Shown: in pieces, positions 56,437-64,000 of the stretch
Layout of the letters: the number at the start of each line of letters is the position of its first letter
How positions within the stretch are numbered: the first letter of the stretch is position 1
Origin: Octopus vulgaris
Lineage: Eukaryota
Reading direction: 5' to 3'
NCBI GenBank assembly: GCA_951406725.2
Contig: OX597833.1
Span: 64,666,001-64,730,000, forward strand
Length of the DNA stretch: 64,000 nucleotides
The notes under the pieces: generated by a model
Told to the model about the DNA's origin: nothing
The model's input: the letters and a program-made list of their open reading frames with translations, nothing else
The model's database searches: none
Made by a program: the position numbers and the translations under genes

Positions 56437-56599
56437 TAGCTTTCTTACAAAATGGTCTAACGCTCTTAGCTTAGAAGTTTTTTTGGGGCAACCAGATCGA
56501 ACTGTCTCAAGTGTAACTGCCCGAAACAGAAAGGACTTCTGGTGTACTTGACTGAGAAATCAAGGCAATGTATGACCCGTCTTTATATTTTTGTTTTGC

Positions 56600-57270
56600 T
56601 TGTCCTTATTGTTGTTTCTTCTGTCCGCCTTCGTATCTTCTATCTGTCTGAATGTTTTATTCTCCTCTATTGCACTTTTGTTCCATTGCTGCCATTTCAC
56701 ATTTAGGGTCATTCGTAGCATCATTGTGTACCATCCATTTAGCTCGTTTAGCAGAGGCACATGGCCAAGTGGTTAGAGCAGCGGACTCGCAGTCGAGGGA
56801 TCGCGGGTTCGAATCTCAGACCGGGCGATTTGTGTGTTTATGAGCGAAACACCTATTCTCCATGCGGCTCCGGCAGAAGGTAATGGCGAACTTCTGCTGA
56901 CTTTTTCACCGCAACTTTCTCTCACTCTTTTCTCCTGCATCTTGCAGCTCACCTGCGACGGACCGGCGTCCCGTCCAGGTGGGGAACCTATACGCCAAGG
57001 AAACCGGGAAACCGGCCCTTATGAGCCAGGCGTGACTCGAGAAGGAACACACAAAATTTAGCCTGTTTAATAATTTATTTGTCAGTGTCCCTGTTTTACT
57101 GCCATTCACTATCACTGATTCGGCAGTTGCAATGAACGGCTTGGCTTTGATTTGCCTCGGTAATTTGGAGTTGTAGACCTTCTTGAGTTTGTGACATGTT
57201 GTCCATGCTTGTGCCTTCCTGATCTTGTTGTCTGCTTCCGAACTACTCTCCTAACTACCTAAATGTTTCA
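56600..57270 (-). pseudogene. Decayed RTE-X-like LINE RT fragment split by a SINE
   Basis: Rejoined minus frame: KHLGS*ESSSEADNKIRKAQAW...IATAESVIVNGSKTGTLTNKLLNRLN|GWYTMMLRMTLNVKWQQ. Confidence 0.8.
56751..57055 (+). mobile_element. Hybrid SINE (family A head/body, family E tail), full length
   Basis: A box TGGCCAAGTGG, B box GGTTCGAATCT; degenerate TSD ATTTAGC..GTTTA at 56737-56750 and 57056-57069. Confidence 0.88.
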
Positions 57271-57698
57271 GCATCACTGGAAAATGGGGACGAGTACCAA
57301 GATTGAATATTTGTGAAAGGTAAATTGTTAAGAATGAAAAAATGGTTGCGATTACAATATGTTTTATAATCAGGTGTGTGGGTTTGACAGTTTATTGGTA
57401 TTATACTCGGAGAATATCAATAATAATGGTTTCAAATTTTGCACAAGGCCAGCAGTTTTTTGAGTGGTATTGTAAGTCACGTACATCAAGTTAGGTGTCT
57501 GACAAGTATTTGATCAATCCTGGAAGGATAAAAACCAAAGCTGGCTTCAACGTAAATTGAGATCAATGATAAATAACACTAGCTTAGGTAAGAATTGAAT
57601 TTCAATGTAAAGGGGAACTATGGAGTACTAACAATTTGTTATTGCAATATAGGGTACCAGAAAAGAAACGAATATATCGGGTTGAAATAAATCGTTAC

Positions 57699-58090
57699 GT
57701 CTGGACGTTATCAAAGAAGCTTGAGAGGCGGTTGGATGGAACTTACACTCGCCTCCTGATGAGAGCTCAAGATCTCTCGTGGAAGCGTCAGCCAACCAAA
57801 GTACAAATATATGGGAAACTACCACCTGTGTCATCTCTTGTGAAAGGTAGAAGAGTCCAGTTTGCTGGACATTGTTGTAGAGCTGAAAACTAGGCAATTT
57901 CTACTCTTCTCCTCTGGAAGCCATCTGCTCGCGATACCAGAGGGCGCACACTCTCCTACCCTGATGTAATCTCCAGGGATACAGGCATCCAGCAACATGA
58001 CCTCCGTAATGCTATGATGGACCGTGAAGTCTGGGGTAACACAGTAAATTCCATTGTTTTGATTAGGGTCGACCAATGATGATGATGATG
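57699..58090 (+). mobile_element. 5'-truncated RTE-X-like LINE 3' end
   Basis: WTLSKKLERRLDGTYTRLLMRAQDLSWK...RRVQFAGHCCR...LLWKP...AMMDREVW with one in-frame stop, then a (TGA)n tail. Confidence 0.88.
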
Positions 58091-58144
58091 GGGAGAGAAG
58101 GAAGTAAAGGAGGGAGGTATAGAATTCGACTTGGTAAATGAATT

Positions 58145-58579
58145 GGATCTTTTCGGTTTGAACGGTAGTTTTTAACATAATTTCTAGGTAACTAAAAAAA
58201 TTTTAAACTTCGTATACTGGTAGAATGTTTTTATAAAACATCTTTTTCTCTTGGCTTTATTGAGAAAATTCTATAGTTTGTAAGATATTTCGTCTTTAAT
58301 TTCTTGCATTTCGGCAATTTTAACCAATCAATGACCGTCTATTGAGGTAAAAAAGCATTCTGTGCCGTATATGTCCCTCGTTTAAGAAACAGATTGGGTT
58401 TATTTACATTTGTGAAGAAAAAATATACCCTTCCTCCTAACCTTAAACTAACTAACCCTAACTAACCCCAACCCTAAAACAGATTGAAAGGCAATAGATC
58501 GATACTAGGGTCATAATTATGGGTGACAATTTCATGTGACACTGCTAGAAAAAAACTGCCGTTCAAACCGAAAAGATCC
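58145..58579. mobile_element. MITE with ~29-bp TIRs and 8-bp TSD (Merlin-like)
   Basis: TIR GGATCTTTTCGGTTTGAACGG(T/C)AGTTTTT; TSD AATGAATT at 58137-58144 and 58580-58587. Confidence 0.88.
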
Positions 58580-59267
58580 AATGAATTAAATGAAAACAGT
58601 TTTGTTGCATGTGTAATGTTATATACTGTCAACTTCATCAAAGAATAAGTAGAGTTTACTGTAAACAGAAGGCACAGTATTCATTTGAAGTCAGAGATGA
58701 AACTAAATCGTTTCGATAAAACATATTAGATATAAATGCTGTGAAATCGTGTCTGAGACCAGGCGGAGGTGGAACGGCGAGAGTTCTGACGTCAGATAAT
58801 AAAATTTTTAAGTGAAGTTAACAGCCTTTGTGTGTTTTTGATTTGATAATGCGGTGTTTTCTTTGCTGTAATTGTTTTAGTTTCAACAGTGTCAGATCAA
58901 ACCACTTGCCTTGCAGGTGTATCTCCGAAAATTAAACATAAATGCGACTTTCATTTGAATAATAAAAATTGGTGGTTATCTTTTATGAGAGCGATTATGA
59001 GAGGAAGAAGAGTTCTTTGAACAGTGTTTCACACACACACACCTGCCGTTTTTGATTGAGATAAATTCTTAGTAATCTGTTGATCGCAGTCAAAATATTT
59101 GGTCGATCCATGAAGATAAGAATTTCGAATGACATCACACACGACTTATTTTTCTTGATTTGATATCTTCTTCATTTTTATTATTAGTTTTTTTGGGTTT
59201 TTTTTAAGTGACACAACTGTTAAAAATTCGGTCTATAACGCTTCCGGGGGTACCATGTGAGAGAACT

Positions 59268-60107
59268 ATCTTTTACTTGTTTCAGTCATTTGACTGCGGC
59301 CATGCTAGAGCACCGCCTTTAGTCGAGCAAATCGACCCCCCAGGGACTTATTCTTTGGAAGCCTAGTGCTTATTCTATCAGTCTATTTTGCCGAACCGCT
59401 AAGTTACGGGGACACAAACACACCACCATCAGTTGTCAAGCAATGTTTGGGGGACAAACACAGACACAAAAGCATACACACACACACACATACATACATA
59501 CATACATACATACATACATACAAACATATATATATATATACAGGAGTGGCTGTGTGGTAAGTAGCTTGTTTACCAACCACATGGTTCCGGGTTCAGTCCC
59601 ACTGCGTGGCACCTTGGGCAAGTATCTTCTACTATAGCCTCGGGCCGACCAAAGCCTTGTGAGTGGATTTGGTAGACGGAAACTGAAAAGAAGCCCGTCG
59701 TATATATGTATATATATATGCTTGTGTGTCTGTGTTTGTCCCCCTAGCATAGCTTGACAATCGATGCTGGTGTGTTTATGTCCCCGTTACTTGGCGGTTC
59801 GGCAAAAGAGACCGATAGAATAAGTACTGGGCTTACAAAAGAATAAGTCCCAGGGTCGAGTTGCTCGATTAAAGGCGATGCTCCAGCATGGCCACAGTCA
59901 AATGACTGAAACATGTAAAACAGTAAAAGAGTATACATGTATAAGACGAGCGTCTTTCAGTTTCCGTCTACCGAATCCACTCACAAAGGTTTGGTCGGCC
60001 CGAGGCTATAGTAGAAAACACTTGGCCAAAGTAACACGCAGTAGGAATGAACCCGGAGCCGTGTGGTTGGTAAGCAAGCTACTTACCACACAGCCACTCC
60101 TGCGCCT
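59268..60107 (-). mobile_element. SINE B (-) split into 59268-59540 and 59933-60107 by a nested SINE B (+)
   Basis: The 3' half and 5' half of the minus copy flank the plus copy. Confidence 0.85.
59542..59932 (+). mobile_element. SINE family B nested antisense in another SINE B
   Basis: Nearly complete copy from AGGAGTGGCTGTGTGG to GTAAAAGAG. Confidence 0.9.
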
Positions 60108-60722
60108 ATAATGTAATTGTAATTAACTAATATACCAAGCTTCACTAGGTGCAGTACGTTAGTAACCTTGTTACTAATTGTTTTCCATGCACCGAACACC
60201 CCCTTTGGCGTTTTACATCTATTATTTTCCAACATAATTCTATGTTACGGTTGCATTCGATGTTAGATTTTGCTAGGAATGGTCTGTTGCTATTCTTTGT
60301 GTGAACGAACCGAATGTCAGAAATATTGTTTATAATATTTGTCCCAGGATAATACGCTTTATCGATGGAATTTTATATTGTATTGGCCACAACGTTATAC
60401 CGCATTGCAAGGTGAGAACTTAACGACATATTGCAGTAACTGCTGATTGCAAATATGATTGCGTGCGAATGTCTGAGACAATCGATATTTTCGGTAGAAT
60501 TTTTATGTTTTTAAAAATTCAACTGTCTGTTTTATTCACGCTGTAGATTTTATAAATCAACACCTTTGAAATATAATGTGGCAGAGCAGTAAAATGTCTA
60601 AGATAGGCTGTTATTCGTTTATAGATATGACCTATGGTTGTTTACACTGTGTGTGTCTATATAGGTTACCCCGGACACATCTACAATCGCCTGAAATAAC
60701 TTCAGGAATTGAATCTGTACTG

Positions 60723-61323
60723 ATACCTGTTTCTTTACTACCCACAAGGCGCTAAACACAGAGAGGGCAAACAAGGACAGACACACGGATTAAGTCGATT
60801 AAATCGACACCAGTGCGTAACTGGTACTTAATTTATCGACGCCGAAAGGATGAAAGGCAAAGTCGACCTCGGCGGAATTTGAACTCACAACGTAACAACA
60901 GACGAAATAGCTATTTCTTTACTACCATAAAGTGGCTAAACACAGAGAGGACAAACAAGGACAGACAAAAGGATTAAGTCGATTAAATCGACCCAAGTGC
61001 GTTACTGGTACTTATTTAATCGATCCCGAAAGGATGAAAGGCATAGTCGACCTCGGCGGAATTTGAACTCAAAACGTAGCGGCAGACGAAATACCTATTT
61101 CTTTACTACCCACAAAGGGCTAAACACAGAGAGGACAAACAGGGACAGACAAACGGATTAAGACGATTAAATCGACTCCAGTACGTTACTGGTACTTATT
61201 TAATCGATCCCGAATGGATGAAAGGCAAAGTCGACCTCGGTGGAATTTGAACTCAGAACGTAACGGCAGATGAAATACCGCTAAGCATTTCGCCCGGCGT
61301 GCTAACGTTTCTGCCAGCTCGTC
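60723..61323 (-). mobile_element. SINE family C: head plus 3 tandem 184-bp units
   Basis: Junction anchors at 60723, 60907, 61091 and 61275. Confidence 0.92.
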
Positions 61324-61475
61324 CCCTTTGCTCTGGTGATACCGTTTCAGTGGAAACATTTTAGAGTAATTTAAAATGATTTTTTTATATAAAAGTAACT
61401 AAAAAAATCTATTTCCTTTGAAAAATCTATTTTCTCTCTCTTTGACACTAGTTAGCATGGGCACGACATAGTCTC

Positions 61476-61517
<42 letters not shown>

Positions 61518-62427
61518 TCTCTGTTTCTTCTGTCTGTTTCTAAGCTTTTTTATTCTAGTAACATAAATATTGCTAGAATTCCTGGTCACGCTCCCCACCC
61601 TCCCCCTCTCTCTCTCTCTTAATCTCTCTTATTTTTCTCTCTCTTTTCTCCCTTCCCCTCACTTTCTCTTCATAGCAGTTGCTTTTCAACCCCGCTTCAG
61701 CCTCAACCGGTCTCGCTCCAGTGAATGCGTTCGCCTTTAACTGACTTCAATGATGACAATTTACATGTTTGCAGAGATGTAAACTTCACACCTGCAATTA
61801 TCTATTCAATAAGATATAACGAAAGTACCTATGTATATTTTGCCGCGTAGTATCTGCACCCCAGATTATCTCATTCATTTATTCATGTATAATCTTATTT
61901 ATCCATTCCCGCGCTAAGCCGTCACTCGCTAACAAGCATGACCAAGTAGTTTCTACAACTCGAATTTTGCTTTACCTGTCTTTCTAAACAACCAGATATT
62001 AAGGAATCGGCTCTGTTACCGTTGGTATTCATTTTCAGCTAAGTATCCGGTAGGAACGTGAAATCATGTACATTACTCAGAGGGGTCAACGTGTCACCCG
62101 ATGCAGCAATCGAACCCCGGACTTGTGATTAACGATGTAACCATAAAACCATGAACATCTAACTCGTGTCCTTGTCTGTTGCAAATTAATATCTAGAAGT
62201 AACCGTTTGATAGTCTCCTGATATATCAATGCCCTTTTCTGCTTCAAAAATCCAGAACGGGAGCGAACACCAACCATTTTCTAGCCGACGACGGGATCAC
62301 CAGATCGAAGGGTCGTCGCCTGTTTGTGTCCATCTTCAATTGTAAGTAGATTTCTATTTTTAAGAGATGAGGAATTATGTACATTGTTCACATTTGACGG
62401 ATATTTATCCTCATCTTCTTCATTCTT

Positions 62428-62473
62428 AACACAACATTTCGATTGATGTACCTTCTAGCCTTCATCAGGTGTC
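62428..62473 (-). ncRNA. Minimal hammerhead-like motif with canonical CUGAUGA core and decayed stem II (fragment 62360-62505)
   Basis: Minus strand: ACAC-CTGATGA-A-GGCTAGAAGGTACATCAATC-GAAA-TG-TT-GTGT. Confidence 0.6.
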
Positions 62474-62644
62474 TTGGGGAAGTTTTGAACTTGGGTTCCC
62501 ATTCCGGAAACAAGCACAGATATAAAACATGCCTTAAATTCTGTTTATTACTGTCGGTGTTGCTTCTGTTCTTATTTCGAATTTTGAAGAAACATGTTTG
62601 TCAAATCTATAAAGCAGAGGTATATAATATCCATTCTAATATAG

Positions 62645-63579
62645 CCACAAGGCCTGTATTTGAAGGGGAGAGGACTAATCGATTACATCAACCCCAGTGT
62701 GTTACTGACACTTAATTTATCGACCCCGAAAATATGAAAGGCAAAGTCGACCTCGGCTGAATTCGAACTCAGAACGTAGCGGCAGACGAAATACCTATTT
62801 CTTTACTAACCATAAGGGGCTAAACACAGAGATGACAAACAAGGTCAGACAAACGATTAAGTCGATTATATCGACCCCAGTGCGTAACTGGTACTTAATT
62901 TATCGACCACGAAAGGACGAAAAGCAAAGTCGACCTCGGCGGAATTTGAACTCAGAACGTAGCGGCAGACGAAATACCTATTTCTTTACTACCCACAAGG
63001 GGCTAAGCACAGAGAGGACAAACAAGGACAGACAAAGGGATTAAGTCGATTATATCGACCCCAGTGCGTAACTGGTACTTATTTAATCGACACCGAAAGG
63101 ATGAAAGGCAAAGTCGACCTCGGCGGAATTTGAACTGAAAACATAACGGCAGACGAAATACCTATTTCTTTACTACCCACAAGGGGCTAAACACAGAGAG
63201 GACAAACAAGGACAGACAAACGATTAAGTCGATTATATCTACCCCAGTGCGTAACTGGTACTTAATTTATCGACCCCGAAAGGATGAAAGGCAAAGTCGA
63301 CCTCGGCGGAATTTGAACTGAAAACATAACGGCAGACGAAATACCTATTTCTTTACTACCCACAAGGAGCTAAACACAGAGAGGACAAACAAGGGCAGAC
63401 AAAGGGATTAAGTCGATTAGATCGACCCCAGTGCGTAACTGGTACTTAATTTATCGACCCCGAAAGGATGACAGGCAAAGTCGACCTTGGCGGAATTTGA
63501 ACTCAGAACGAAACGGCAGACGAAATACCGCTAAGCATTTCGCCCGGTGTGCTAACGTTTCTGCCAGCTCGCCGCCTTA
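62645..63579 (-). mobile_element. SINE family C: head plus 5 tandem units
   Basis: Anchors at 62791, 62974, 63158, 63341 and 63525 (183-184 bp period); the distal unit has a different tail. Confidence 0.92.
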
Positions 63580-63844
63580 ATGGTAATAGAAAACTTGGCA
63601 ATGTGCAGTGATTCTAACAACCACGAGTACAGAACGTGATGAAACTCCATCTTTATATTCAAAGCAGTCTCTCAGTATAAATCAGAAGCAGAATGTTTTG
63701 CACTTGTTTATGGCAAGCTTTATGTTAGTGCTGCGTTGAGCGGATCAACAACTAAGTCCGTTCTATCCAAGTGCATGGAAACCAGTTTTATGGTTTAGTA
63801 AATGGATACGAAGAAGTACATGCAAAGAACCTTCTATCTTTTTT

Positions 63845-63985
63845 TTTTATCTATGATTTGTTTCAGTTATTAGACTGCGGCCATGTTACGGCACTGCCTG
63901 TGGGATTTTAGTTCAAATAATCAACCCTAGTAATGATATAGACATTACTTCATATAAACACGCACACACCAGTTGTCAGGTGGTG
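63845..63985 (-). mobile_element. Old diverged SINE B 3' part
   Basis: TTGTTTCAGT...GACTGCGGCCATG...CAGTTGTCA. Confidence 0.6.
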
Positions 63986-64000
63986 GTGGTGGTGGTGGTG

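Noticed and set aside
62796-62978. Hammerhead or HDV ribozyme inside the 184-bp SINE C unit
   Set aside because: No CUGANGA-type core with matching stems on either strand, and no convincing HDV P1-P4 order by eye.

Overview
AT-rich eukaryotic non-coding DNA dominated by microsatellites ((TA)n, (CA)n, (GATA)n, (TACA)n, (AAT)n, (GAT)n) and mobile-element remnants. The repeat content looks like an octopus/coleoid cephalopod genome (inference from pattern recognition, not verified). I cannot support any intact host protein-coding gene; almost all listed ORFs are microsatellite translations or pieces of repeats. Elements found: several tRNA-derived SINE families (my labels A, B, C, E), decayed RTE, RTE-X and R4/Dong-like LINE fragments, three mariner remnants, a Tigger-type MITE, a Merlin-like MITE and a non-autonomous Helitron. 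The most interesting signals are four. (1) At least five minimal type I hammerhead-ribozyme-like motifs in different Penelope-like fragments, with C3-G8, G3-C8 and U3-A8 core variants. (2) SINE C forms head + (184 bp)n arrays with the same self-complementary junction at three loci. (3) Different retroelement 3' ends are stacked in one orientation inside (TAA)n tracts. (4) Fold-back (long hairpin) elements sit in (TA)n tracts, one about 500 bp long. All alignments and folds were done by eye, and coordinates of decayed elements are approximate.
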